Part shown: piece after piece, positions 10,427 through 23,700 of the stretch
Position numbering within the stretch: the first letter of the stretch is position 1
Layout: each line of letters begins with the position of its first letter
Origin: Camelus dromedarius
Taxonomy: Eukaryota
Direction: 5' to 3'
NCBI RefSeq assembly: GCF_036321535.1
Contig: NC_087447.1
Span: 52,826,001 to 52,890,000, forward strand
Length of the DNA: 64,000 nucleotides
The notes under the pieces: model-generated
The model's input: the letters and a program-made list of their open reading frames with translations, nothing else
The model's database searches: none
Told to the model about the DNA's origin: nothing
Program-made: the position numbers and the translations under genes

Positions 10427-11069
10427 GAATAAGGTAATGATGGTAACTACTAAATATGCTGGCTTCCTACAAAGGTAAATCAGATCCACTTCCTACTATT
10501 GGATGTCTGCAGCCTTTATTAGAACTACATATTGGTTCAGAGGGCTATGGTCATTGGTCTCAGGGTAATCAGGAATGTAACAAACAAAGCAAACAAAAAA
10601 GCAACCACAAAGGCTTCCACTAAATTACCAAAGCCTATCTAGGGTGATACTAATAACTGTGATGCCAGACACTGACCCAATTCTTTACACATATCCATCC
10701 ACTTCAGCCAATAAATTCTATTAGTACTCCCAAATCCGATTATAATCTGGTACTTCTAGCATGTGGGACAAAAGAAGTAGCATTAACATTAATTCCTAAA
10801 TAAGCACGCCCTGTTCTGTTCTGCATACCACTTTTTCCATTTAACAACATATCTTAGAACTAGGTATCTCCTCATTCTTTTCTATGGCTACATACTATTT
10901 CATTAGGTGGATATACCCGTTGAATTTAACCACAGGGATCACACCGATTATGATATATTTATTTAAATAAATCTCAAGTAATTAACATAATATCAGGTAT
11001 GCCGTAGCTGCTCAAAAACGTTAAATAAGTGAATTAAATTATATTATCACTGTCAGTTCTGTTGACTCA

Positions 11070-12050
11070 TAAAAAAGAAGCAACCCAGAGCAGGCTGAAG
11101 TTTCAAATCAGTTGGGAAAGGACGAACATTTCAATTAACAGTTCTGTGGTAACTGACAAACCTTTTGAGGGGTGGGAAGAGTTAGATTCCTGTTCCTTTT
11201 GGTAGCCCTTTAAGATTTTTCACACTGAACATTAAAAATTAAAATACGAAAATTCTGGAAGAAGACATAGGTGAAAATTGATTTTGGAGATGGAAAAAAG
11301 AAGACCTTTTAAAGTGTGACATGAAAAGGAAAAGTCATAAAGGAAAATGTCAAAATTTGACTATGCAAAAAATTCAAAATGTTTGTAAATTTAGAAAACC
11401 AAGACAAAAATCAAAAGAATGACAACATGTTGGGGAAATATTTGAAATATACACTAAAAAGTGCTATTGTCCTTAATTATATAGTGAAAATTTGCAAATA
11501 TATAAGAAAAAGATATCACAATAGAAAAGTAGGCAAAGGACATATAAAGCTAATTTACTAGAATAGTACAAAGCAAAATATATGATATATATTTAACTCA
11601 CTTGTCACTCCAAGAAATGCAAGATATAAGAATACTGAGAGTTTTTTCTTTTTGCTTATCAAATGAAAAAACTATAAGAAAAAAGGACATACTCAGAAAA
11701 TAGTTACTCTCGCAAGACTGCCAATGGGTATACATTGGCACAATTTTTCTGAAAGATAATTTAGTGATATTTACCAAAAGCTTTCCATTGTGTGACGCTT
11801 TCAACCCAGGAATCTCTATCTTACATTTAGCAGAGTTAATTAAAAGCAAATAATCATGGATGACCCCAAAGAATTATATAAAAGAGTTTTGTCAGAGTTA
11901 GTAGTAATAGTGACAAATTAGAAACAATTTTGAGTGTCAAACAATTAGGAAATGATCAAATGTATTATGGTACATCATAGTACCATGAGCTATTATACAA
12001 GCATTGTGTAGAAGCATACGGAATGAACTTAGAAAAGATTCACAGTATTT
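11070..12050 (+). mobile_element. Ancient L1 (L1ME-like) ORF2/3' fragment, apparently resuming at ~13450-13660
   Basis: A-rich decayed ORF2-like sequence; cattggcacaatttttctgaaagataattt; attatggtacatc. Confidence 0.7.
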
Positions 12051-12059
12051 TTGTGACCT

Positions 12060-13430
12060 TTCTATGACTTATTAAGGGAAATTCCACACAAATATAAAGT
12101 TTGGTGAATTGACTAACCTGTTCACCTAGTTTCAATGATTATTAATAAACAGCCAATCTTGTTTTACCGATGTCCCTCCCTACTTACTCCCTCCCCAACT
12201 ATTTTGAAGGAAATCCCAGGCACTGTTTCATTTTGTCCACAAATATTTCAGTAGATAGTGCTAAAATATATGAACTATTTTTAAATAATATTATTACATT
12301 TTAAGTTAATAATAACAATTTCTTAGTGTCATCCACTGCCTAGTCACTGTTTAAACTGCCTTGATTGTTTCAGAGATTTTTTTTTTTTCCAGTTTGTCTA
12401 TTTGTCTCAGGATCCAAATAAACTCCCTGCATTGCAACTGGTTGAGATACCTCTTAAATCTCTTTTGACCTATAGGTTTTCCTCCATCTATCTCCCCTCC
12501 CAAGCAACTGTACATTACTTGTGAAAGAGACCAGGTTGTTTGTTATGCAGTTTCCCATAATCTGAATTTACTGATTGCACCCTTCTGGTTTAACATGTTC
12601 TTCTACATCTTATATTTCCTATAACCTAGTAGTTAATTCTAGAAACATGACCTAACTCAGAGTCAGTTCTTTTGGGCAAGGCTGCTTCCTAGATGGTATT
12701 GTGTACTTCGACCTGCCTTCGTGATGTTGGCGGTCTTTGATGTTCCTTGACTAGATTCATCACTTCATTAGAGGGTGTAAACTGGACATATTCTAATTCT
12801 AGCATTCCTTCTTCACTTTTAACTGGAATACTTTGATAAAGAGAAACTTCCCCGCATGAACTATTTGCTTACCTGAAAGGCATGATAAACGTTTGACTCT
12901 TTCCTTTTATCTACCAGGTTTCCAAAGAAGGAGCTGGTTCCCTAGCATCCTACAGATAAAAGCAATGATTTTTTTTTTTCTTTCTAAGAGACATTATGAG
13001 GTCACATACCTAAATATGTTTGATGTATTTTCATTCATTTCAGTTATTAATCATATTGATGTTCAAACTGCCCTTTCTTTGACCAGTGGGAACATCTTCA
13101 TATTAACTCCCAGGTCATTGATGGCCTCCTCTTTTTCTGAAATAGTAAGATGTTCCAGGCTCACCTTGTACCTATCCTAAGCTAGACCTGAAATCATCCA
13201 GCTTTTGGAGGACCCCTGGTTCTTTCTAGTGGTAAATGATATTTAGAAGCCACAATCTTGCTACTAGGAGTTGCTCATTGCTACTGGATTAGTATTGTTT
13301 CCAGTTTTCAATTGGCAGGTTTAGGGTATATGTAATTGTTTAAAAAGAAAGCTTTACTATGAGTATATACCAAAACTTCTAAATAGGTTTTTACTTAACT
13401 TCTTCTCTTCTATCTGTCCCTCTCTTCTTC
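12060..13430 (-). mobile_element. L1MC-like 3' fragment nested in the older L1
   Basis: cccaactattttgaaggaaatcccagg...tgcattgcaactggttg...gatgttccaggctcaccttgt. Confidence 0.7.
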
Positions 13431-14329
13431 CATTACAAATAATTAATGATGTTATAGAAAAATATTGAATGGTTTTGGGAAGTAGACATAATATCTATTT
13501 TAGATAATCATATATATATATCACATATATCAAACCTATGCAAGTTAGCATAATGATAACATTCAAGGTAATTTTATTTTCCTTTTTATTTTTGCTTTTT
13601 AGTACTTACAAGATTTCCATAATAAACCCATTTTATTTTTTCTGTAAGAAAAAAATTTGCTTAAAAAAAACAAAAATAAACCAGATGGTATAAATTATAA
13701 TATAGTAAACTGTCTGCCAATCTTATACGTGGGTAGAATGATGATATTTTATTACATCTGTGGAGTGCTTTACAATTTACAAATCATTTTATATCCATTA
13801 TCTTTTGTGATCATCACAGCAGCACTGTGAAGTAGACAGGATAAGAATATTGTCTTATAAGATTAAAAAAAAATTGAAGTTTAAAAGGATCACATATGAT
13901 GGAATCAAGCCTGGAACTCAGGGCTCTTGATTTCTTGGTGCTTCCCCCTTGCATAGTATCTGTCCCTCGACGATTGTTACAGTCAATCAAGATCCTGCAG
14001 TGTCTTGCCAGTTGCTTAGAATGTTATCCTTAGAACTTTGTTTCTTTAGAATGAAACTTGGAGGTCCATAAAAATGCCCATACTTATTTTTCAAGTTAAT
14101 TTTTGTTTTTATCAAAGTGATTCATTAACATAATTTTAAAAGGCAAATACCCTATGAGGATTTTAGAAACAGAAGCCCCCCGCCCTACAATTCACCTAAA
14201 ACTCCTTCTCCCCTGAGGCAACCACTTTCAGCTATTGGAGTTGTTTCTTCCAATTTTTATTTCCATGGTACCAGATAATCTGTTCTACTGCAATTTCTGG
14301 GCTTTTCAAAATTGCTTGAATTAGCTTAA

Positions 14330-14630
14330 TTTTTTTTCTTCCAGTCTTACTAAGGTATAATTGACATACAGCACTTCATAATTTTAAGGTGTACAGCATA
14401 ATGATTTCATTTACAGACATCATAGAGTGATTATCACAATAAGTTTAGTGAACATGCCTCATCTCACACAGATACATAATTACAGAAATAGAAAAAAAGT
14501 TTTTCTTGTGATGAGAACTCTTAGGATTTACTCTCTTCGCAACTATCACATATAACATACAGCAGTGTTAATCATGTTTATCATGTTGTACATCACTTCC
14601 CTAGTACTTATTTACCTTATTACTGGAGTC
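14330..14630 (-). mobile_element. L1MA9-like 3' end
   Basis: poly-T then aggtataattgacataca...ttttcttgtgatgagaactcttaggatttactctct. Confidence 0.85.
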
Positions 14631-14639
14631 TGGATTTTT

Positions 14640-16800
14640 AATTGTTAGGTACCATCAATATACTTTCTATTATTGAAGGTGATAATTTAACTGCTCTTTT
14701 TCTCTTTACACAGATATTTCCCTTTTCCCCATCCTCTCAATGTATTTACATCATAATTTTTGGCTAAACGTTAGTGTGTCCATTATAATGACTGTGCAAA
14801 TATCATTCTCAGCTGAACCATGTGGTGTCCTATGATGAGCTTTCTTGTATTAATTTTTGTTTCTTCTTGAGTTAATAATTGTCTCCCCCCCCCCATATTT
14901 GCCTAGCGTTTTAGGTACCTACTGCTGTTTCTTCCTCAAACTCTGTACCAAACTATAATCTTCTCTGGATACTTTCTAATCCATCAAATCATCTGTCAAT
15001 TTCTTTTCTTTTTTCATGTCTGCTTTCTTTTACTTTCTCCTTTCCTTTTCATTCTCATAGGAATGTAATTTCCTTTTGTCTGAATGATTCCAGTATGGAC
15101 TGGTTGCTTCCTAGGCTTGCTGATTCTTGCTCTAGGATCTCCCTCCACCATATTCCTGGAAATATTCTTGTTTTATTGGATCTCCCTCCCGTATGTGTAT
15201 CTTTTATTTACAAGATCCCATGTCTTCTTCCTTCTTTGTTTACTCTTCACACTAAGAGCAAATACATGGGGGTTAAAGGTTTTGAGACCTGATTTGGCTG
15301 AATATAGAATTCTAGGTTGGAAATAAATTCCTTACAATATTAAAGGCCATTAATGAGTCTATGGTCCTCTTGCTTCTGGTGTTCCTGCTAAGAAGTCTGA
15401 TATAATTTTGCCTTTTTATCCTGTGTATGTGACCTTTTGTAACCAACCCCCTCTGAAAACAGAATATTCTCTTTTCCCCAGTGTTTAGAAATTGTATGAT
15501 GCTTGGTGTGGGTCTTCTTTCTTCCAATGTCCTGAGCTGTTTCTGGGTTTTTTTACTTTGGAAACTGATAGATTTGTCTGAAATATTTCATTGCTGATTT
15601 TTTTGTTCTCTATTTCCAAAACTTTTATTCAGTTATTGGCCTCCTAGACTGTTTCTAATTTTTGAATCTTCTATTTATTTCAACGTTTGTGTCTTTTTGT
15701 TCTACTTTCTGGGAGATTTTCTCATCTTTGTCTACCAATCCATCTGTTAACATTTTTCTTTCTCATGTAATTAATTTTTTTAAATTTTCAGGAACCTCTT
15801 TTAGTTGTTTGGATGTTTCTCTTTAAACAGCCCCCAGTTCTTGTTTCACGTATAATGTCTTCCTTTATCTCTGTATGGATATTAATGATGCATTTTATGA
15901 AATTTTCTACCACTCCCTGAATTGCCTCTATGCTCCTTAAAGTTTTAAATAATTGTTATTTTGTTTTTGTGTTCATTTTTCATTGTAAGGGCTTTGCTCA
16001 TCAGATACTGGTGATCTATGGCTAATCATGCCCATTCAACCAAAAACTAATTGCAAATTTCAGGGCATACAAATAAGACGTGTTGCCTGGTGGGCTTCCC
16101 TGTAGGCTGATCCGGCTAGGTCATTTCACTGATGATTCCCTAACAGTATCTTTAAGTCTTTTCTCAGGGGTCACTCAGTTTCACAAGAAAGGAAATTTCC
16201 AGTCTCCTCCTGGGGGTGGGGTTGGGGACAAGACTGGCTGCTAAGATATTCTAGAAGTGTAATGGAGGAAGGGATTGGGAGGCAGTCTCACCATTTCTAT
16301 ATAGATTTCATGTATTTCTCTTGTTCCTGTTTTCAGCACAGTATATCTCCTCCTCAGCGGTGCTGCTTCAAACACTTCCAGTTTCTCAGACTCATTCACT
16401 CTAGACAGTAGACCTTTAGTCCTCTCCTTGTTGGAGGAAGAGGCAGGCACCCAGGAGAGCAGGACAGAGGAGGGAATCTTAAGACATTCAACCAATCTTC
16501 CTATTGTCAACCTTACCCAGATCCCTCACTTTTAGAAGTACCTCAGATTCCAATTTCTGAGCTTTCCTGGGGCGACAATGAGATAGATTCTTGGCTTTCA
16601 CCACTGATTGCTTAGGTTTTACTTTCTCAGGTCTGCCTAAGTCAATTATTTCTTGTCCATCTGCTTGATAGATCCAAAATGCTACTGTTGCCTTTCCGAT
16701 TCTTTTTTTCTTTTGTGGATTTGTTCCTTTTTTTCTAATTGTCTCTCCTTTTAATAAGTGTTGGGGAGGGAGTGGGGATAAAAGTGCATGGTAAACACTC
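14640..16800 (-). mobile_element. Ancient HAL1/L1M ORF1-region fragment
   Basis: T-rich reverse ORF1-like sequence: tatagaattctaggttggaaata...cttctggtgttcctgctaagaagtctga...tctactttctgggagatttt. Confidence 0.6.
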
Positions 16801-16872
16801 CCCCACTCCCCCACGCCATGAGCAACAAAAGTGGCCAGCACTTTAAGAGGAATTCAACCAGGAATTCCTGGT

Positions 16873-17220
16873 CCTGAGCTCCCTCTGGGAGAAGCACTGT
16901 GGCTCTACTGCTTACTATATCCAGCACCCTGGGTGAGTCTGGGACTCTGAATTTCCTCATCTTTCAGGAGCAGATAATAGCTCCTCCTTGCTGGTTGTAG
17001 TGAGGATAACTGGGATGCTATCTGGTTTGTACTTCTAGTTCCCAGTCCTTCAAACAATATCAATAAATACCAGCTACATTTTTTAATATTAAGATTACTG
17101 GCAGGCTGTGTTGGGGGTGGGAGGAAAGCTCACTGGGTTATTGAGGGAGAAGGTAATACATAGGGAACTAGAGAAGCCTCTTTTACAGATGTTTTGGTGA
17201 CAAGCTCTGGATTATAAAAA
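16873..17220 (+). repeat. Local duplication copy 2 (uninterrupted, 348 bp)
   Basis: Matches 9603-10426 minus the L1; single aagattactg at 17091-17100. Confidence 0.95.
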
Positions 17221-17465
17221 CTAATAGTAGTCATGACTAGAACTACTCTACACTAAGAACGTCAAATCATCAATCACCGCGCTTTACAGTTGTCTCAATT
17301 AAACATCACAACAACCCTATAAATAGGTACCCTTACTATCTTCATTTCAGAAACGAGCAACTAGAGGTGTAGGGGTGTGACATCACTTGATCAATATCAC
17401 ATGGCAAAGATGTGGCAGATCTCAGATTAGAATTGTAATTTGTCTAAAGCTGTTAATACCAAAGC

Positions 17466-17600
17466 CAGAGCGTCTCAAAATGTAACGAACATGCTCACGG
17501 AGCACCTGGGGATCTGGCTACAGTGCAGATTCTGCTTTTCTACCAAGCTCCCAGGTGACCCTGCAGCTGCTGGTCCAAGGATTATGCTTTGACTTGGCTC
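17466..17600. mobile_element. MER5A-like hAT-Charlie MITE (internally deleted)
   Basis: cacctggggatct...tgcagattctg...caagctcccaggtgac...gctgctggtcc. Confidence 0.75.
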
Positions 17601-18079
17601 AAGACTGAGGTGGCTCTATGGCAGCTGTGTCTTATGGAATCTGATTTCTCAGGGTACAAAGGAGACTGTACGGACAGTACCCGCTTCATGGTCTTCCTCC
17701 CCCGTGCACACAAGCAGGACCAGCAGTGACTCCTGTCTGCTCCCCATCTACATTCCCCAGGAACTCCTGGTGGGTCCCACATGTGCTCACAGCCCTCTAC
17801 CACCATGGCCGCAAGACACTCACTTCTTCCCAACCCCTTTGAAGTCCAAGGGTAGCCCCTCACTGTTACCACTGCTTCTAGTGCCTTCTTTGAGCATTCC
17901 ACCCAGAGTTCTATTTCTAGATTTTCTGAAACAGGGCCCTTGAGGTGTAGGAAGGCCCTCAGCAGAGTTGTAACATGCTTCTTCCAGAAATTGGAATGAG
18001 CTTGTCTCCCACTCAAGGTCTCCTGGACCCCAGGCAGCAGCACTGAATCTCAGTTTCCTTGTGAAAACAGCTCTGACAG

Positions 18080-18093
18080 CTGCCACCTGCTGA
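18080..18093 (-). promoter_or_regulatory. Candidate CTCF site
   Basis: Minus strand TCAGCAGGTGGCAG, 13/14 match to CCASYAGRKGGCRS. Confidence 0.4.
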
Positions 18094-18718
18094 CACCCCC
18101 CTGCAAGCAAGTCAACTCAGGCCAGCTTCCAACATGGGTGGAAGGGGTGATAGGCCATTTAATTTGCTCGACAGACCTAACTGTGCATGTATCTCAGCTT
18201 ACGCTTAGCTGGAATCATGCTCGTGTGTCACACAAGGCATAATGAGGGAGATTTTGGAGAGGCATCTCAAAGACTTAAGTACATCACTGGGTCAAGGGAA
18301 AACACTGGAATACAACTGGGATCTGAGGTCAGAGACCACCTCCATACTTAGCTGTGTGACCTTAGGCTTTTTAGCAACCCTCTCTGATTATTTTCCAAAA
18401 CTATAAAATAATGGAAGAGGGGCTCCAGATCATCTTTGAGCTGCACCTTTCAGTTCTACCTGAATCTCTGTCACCGCTTTATAGCACTTAGCAGTCTAGA
18501 TCAGTCTATAAGAATTATTCCTACTTACCAACTACCTGTTCTACCAGTTAGAAATCAGAGCAGTGCTCAGGAGAGGGAACTCAAAACATAAAATCAAATG
18601 ACTCAGGTTTTGCCACTTATTAGAGTCATGATCTTAGTCAATTCACTCTTCCTTTCTAATTCTCAGCTTTCTCATCGTTAAGTGCAGGAGTTGAACCAAA
18701 TGAACTCATAAAAATATG

Positions 18719-19054
18719 CAGTGGTTTCCAACTGTAGGCTCTTGGGCGGCATTCAGCCCACAAGCATATTTTGCTTGATCCACATCACGTTAAATAAACT
18801 TTGAGTCAGTCTGCCGCCTTTGCAAATTAGGAGACTTTACATAAAAATCTGGTTTCCTGGCTTTCTTTGAAAGATCAGAAAATCAGCCACATGGGTCGCC
18901 ATTCTTGGAGAGCCACCACAGGCCTGAAGTGCATTGCAGCTGTCCTTGGAAAGGGCCATGCAACCTCTGTACTGTCACAGCCCCTACCGGGGGCCATAGG
19001 ACTTATTCACATGACCTGCCCCAGTCCAGCAAGTAGCTGAGTTTGGGATCCCTG
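18719..19054. mobile_element. MER102-like hAT-Charlie element
   Basis: CAG...CTG termini; acataaaaatctggtttcctggctttctttgaaagatcagaa; gagtttgggatccctg. Confidence 0.7.
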
Positions 19055-19180
19055 GGGAGCAGTCACACTGACTCGCTGGGGAGTATCAGGTGAGTGCTCA
19101 TCCTTTTTAAGATGCAGTGCCCACATTTTAGAATGGGGACAATAAATGCTCACATTATTTCATTGATTAATGATATAAAT

Positions 19181-19396
19181 CAGAGATCAGCACACTTTTC
19201 TGTAAAGGACTAGAGAGTAGATAAATGTTTTAAGTTTCATAGGCTACATAAGATGTCCATTGTATATTGTCTTATACTTATGGTTTTTCTTCTTTTTTTA
19301 AAACAATCTTTTAAAAATGTGAATATTCTTAGTCCTCAGGCTCTACAGAAACAGGCCCTGGTGGATTGGGCCTGTGGGCCGAGTTGCCGTCCCCTG
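19181..19396. mobile_element. MER58-like hAT-Charlie MITE
   Basis: cagagatcagcacacttttctgtaaagga...gggccgagttgccgtcccctg; degenerate 8-bp TSD atataaat/aaataaag. Confidence 0.85.
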
Positions 19397-20454
19397 AAAT
19401 AAAGTATGTGAAGCACTTCCAACATTGCCTGGCTGACTGAGTGTCAGTAAATGCACTTGTCAGTATTGCAATCTCAGGCCTCTCGTTCCTTGACCCCGGG
19501 ACACGGGTGGACTCCGTAGTGCCCATCAGAAATCCTCGTGGTGGCTCTGATTCTCTTCTGACAATGCAGAGAGGGACAGGGTTTTGTCTTCTGAGACATG
19601 TCTTTCTAAACAGAAAGCCCTGCACGGTGTATAAAGAGCCCCAAAGCGGCACGACCAACAGTGCAACCATATCATCACCATGAAATCAAAGCCATTGTTG
19701 AAGCCATTTGCTAAACCACGTCCCCATACCAGTTACTCTGTCTGAAGCGTTACCGAACAATCACGGCTGGACGAAGAGTTGGAGGTCCTTTAAAATCCAA
19801 CTAGAAGTTCTCTGTTTTCACAGCCTTCCCCCTTTGTTTCAGTCCTTCAGCTCCCCTCCTCCCTGACACCCCACCCACCTTGAATGCCAGGGATGCGGTT
19901 TGCAATGAAAGGCACTTGACAAAATAAAATTGCACGGTGTTGTATGACTCTCACACAGGCGGCTTGGCATAATTAAAAAAAGACATGATATGGTTTTCTC
20001 ATTCAAAGACTGTGACAGCCAAATCTAAAGGAATGTCAGTTACTTTCCATGGTGTCCAAGGAACCCAAGGAGACCGTGCGTTGAAATATAAGAGCCAAGG
20101 AGCACACCAAGAGATTATCCAAAAGATCCAAGTACTTTTGTTTCCTTCCTGATTCTTCACTAAGAAATGGAACTTAATCATAAATGGGAACATAAGCCAA
20201 GTTTCTAGAATGACTTTGACCTAAATTTCTTTGATCTGGGCCCTGAGCATCATGTTTATGGAGACTCATCACCCTTCCATTCATTTAGCAGGCACTGCTT
20301 GTGCCCCTCTTGGGTACCAAACCCTGTGCTCAGCTCAGGAAAGGGAGGGATGAATAAATCAGGGGCCCTGACATCTAAGACTTTATGGGCAAGGGAGGAA
20401 GACAGATATGTTAAAGACATAATCCCAATGTAAAGTATTCATCAGTGCTGTGAC

Positions 20455-20700
20455 AGCATGAGCCAACACATAGTAAGCACTTACTGCATGCCAGGCATTG
20501 TTTTAAGTGATTTTTATATGATTAATTCATTTAATCTTCCTAGGAATACCAACAGTGATATGCCATTGTAAGTTTCCATTTTACAGGTGAAGAAAGTGAG
20601 GTCAGAAGCTATGTAATTCTTAATTCTTTCAGGCCACATATCTAACAAGTGGTAGAGCTCTGATTCATACCCAAGGACCCTGACTTCAGGGCCAGAGCCC
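20455..20700 (-). mobile_element. MIR SINE
   Basis: agcacttactgcatgccaggcattg...ccattttacaggtgaagaaagtgagg. Confidence 0.8.
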
Positions 20701-23700
20701 TTGAAAGGTTCTTGATTAAAGTGCCAGGACCACGTTCTGGAAACACAGTCCAAAAATCTCCCCTAATTCTGCTTTTAGGGACCAGAGGACACATGCGGTA
20801 GCATGACACTTGCCTGGAAGATTCTCTTCACAGGGAAGATGGTCGAGAGATTCTAGGGAGAGAAGAAGCTCATGCTTACAGAATGATATCTGTAACAGAC
20901 CCAAAAAAGAGAATATTCAGACCTGACTGTTATGCTCGAGTCTTTTTTTCTTTTCAACAGCACTAAACATTACTAGTAGTGCTTTTATTCAATATTAGTC
21001 TTTCTTGCAATTTGGGAACCTTCAAGGGGGCAGGCGCCGGTCTTATTGACTGCTGTATGCCTAATGCCCAGCACATGCTTAATACGTAAATTTGAGACGA
21101 ATGAACAAATCTAGTCAAGGTTGAATAGTAGGATGAGGATTTAGCTAATATTATATCTCCTATGGACAAGGGTTAATGCTCAGCTTTATTTTATACTCAT
21201 ATTAGCATTTTAAATTTCTCATTTCACACTGCTTTTTTTTCTTTAGGCATGCCCATGGTATTCTTAAAAAGGCTTTAAAAGTGCAGCTATCGTCAAAACT
21301 CCCATTACTCTACGTATCAGTAACATTCTGTACATATACCTGGAGCAATTACTCTGTGTGCAGAATTCTTAGCTTAATGCTGTACTTTACCCATGATAGC
21401 CATTAATTAGGAGAAATGAAACGATGTTACAGTCGCACACATCACATTTTTAAATGCAAACCCACGCGTGACAAGAAATGAACTTTCTTCTTCTTTTTTT
21501 TTTTCTCCTGTAGATGGAAACCATGCTAATGGCCAATGGAGAAGCCTCCCAAACAGTCAGGCTTTCTTAGGGAAGCTGGCAGGACTGTCTAAAGAAAAGA
21601 AATGCTTTGACTTTGCTAGTTAGCTCAGCAAAGATGTTTAAGGCTGGCGATAAGAGGGAAAAGAGGGGTTCCCTCTGCCAAGGGCTTTGGAGCAGGGCTC
21701 TCTAGAAGGTTTAGTGATTTCATGCTTTCCTTTTAAGATATTTTTGCAAGTATCGAATTGAGAGGAGATCTGTCTGACAGGTTACTCCAACTTTTATAGA
21801 TCTCAGAAGCACAGGCATGGGTTTGTGTGAGTTGAAGAGGAAATCTTTTCATCAATTCTGTTTTTCTAACATCTCTATGAATCTGTGACTCTTTCCTGGT
21901 AATTTTTTTCCCTACAAATAAAAATTTCTGATGAGGAAGTTATTGAAGTAGAAAGATTCAGATGTTTAAGACAGAATATTTGACTATTGCCTGAAATAAT
22001 TTCCCCAGAGTGGGCCACAGAGAGCTTTTCACCTACAAGTACACCGAATAAGGCACTAATATAATTCGTCTGCATCTAGTGTAAGCACTGGAGTGTGGAA
22101 ATCCCAAAGCCACATCCATTTCCACCTCTGGTGGGCTCCACCCTCATAAATGAAGGCAGAAATTTCCAGCACCTACCCTACAAGTGGGCTTCTTCTGGGT
22201 AACAGTGGACCTTCAGGTTGTTAAATATACCCACGTAGGAAGAAAACTGGAGAGCTTTGTGTTAGCCTGACCTGAGCTCCAATTCTGCCTCTACTACATA
22301 GTAGCCCTGTGTCTCTGGGCAAATCCTGAGGCTGGCACAAAACAGTATTCCTTCTCCTTTCTGATTACATTTCCAAGCCTGAGAGTGGAAACAGAAATGG
22401 CAGAAACAGCCACATGTTCCTTTAGAGATAAAACTAGCTGTGACTTGCCTAACCCTGGAATTGGAAAGACCTTGATATCTGGGAAAAACATATTACTTGG
22501 CCCTGCCCTGAGCTCTGAGACACTATGAAACATGAGAATCACATTTTTTTCCCACTCCACAAATCTTTGTGTTTACATTGTTGCAGCCACCGTATGAAGC
22601 TCCAGGGACACCGTGGAGAGCAGATGCAGACGTGGTCCCTTTGGAGTAGTCTACAGTTTATCAGATTCTTCCATACACATTCTCTCAATGATAGGAGATA
22701 GGCATTGTTGATGGCTCCATAGCACAGATGAAAACCCTGAAGCCGGGTGCTGGGAAATCTGAGTTTAAGCAATGGGTGGGGCCAAAAGCTGCAGTCAGAT
22801 GTCTGGCTCTGCAGCCGGTGCCCTTTGCCCTGTAGCTGTGGGCTCCCGTGTCTGTACTACCAGCAGCAACACAAATGTCTCTTTCCCGGTGGCAGAGGAC
22901 AAAGCACTTTTGCTTACTCGGTTTCAACTGTCATACAATAATTCTGTAATGCAGGTATTTTTATCATGAATATCTTCGTATTTCATTGATGAAACTGACC
23001 CAGCACGGTATGGTAGCCTGTCCAAGATCATCCAGCTGGTCAGTTAGGGGCAGAGCCGAGACTGGATTCTAAGACTTCTGATGCCAAGCTCCAGCCACCA
23101 TATGTTGATTCCCAGTTCGAATATTTCTGAATTCAGAATTCTTAAGGCATATTTTCACTATTTCAGATGATTTCCATACCCTAGATAAATTAAAATTAAA
23201 TTCCTGCTAACAGGCCATTTTGTGGCCAATTGTCAATAATCAGGGAACTAAGGCCCACAGGCTTGAAAAGTTATTTATGGCTGACTCCAAGGGCTGCATG
23301 ACTCAGTCTATGTGTGCTGCGGCGAACTGTTTACCCGTATCTGTAAGCTGGCGACTCCGCTATACTTCTCTTCATTTCCCCTCAGCAAAAATGAAGACAC
23401 TGGCTTCTCGCATGTGGACGCATTTCTACACCCACCGCGAGATTTTCCGGGGAGGGCGGGGTGGGATGGCGGAAGTGTGATCTGCAACTATATGTCAGAA
23501 GAAATGCATATTTTTGAATGAGGCTGATTGAACCAGGCTCCACGTGGCAAAATATGTCTCCAGGAGAGGGTTTTTCTCTTCACTTTACCCGCACTTCACC
23601 ACTGGTGAAAATAAATGCTTTCTGAACCTGCTTAAGATCTGTAAGGACACAAAAGCCAGGAAATCCAGGCTTTTTGTTTCTTGTGCTAAGGCTGATGTTC

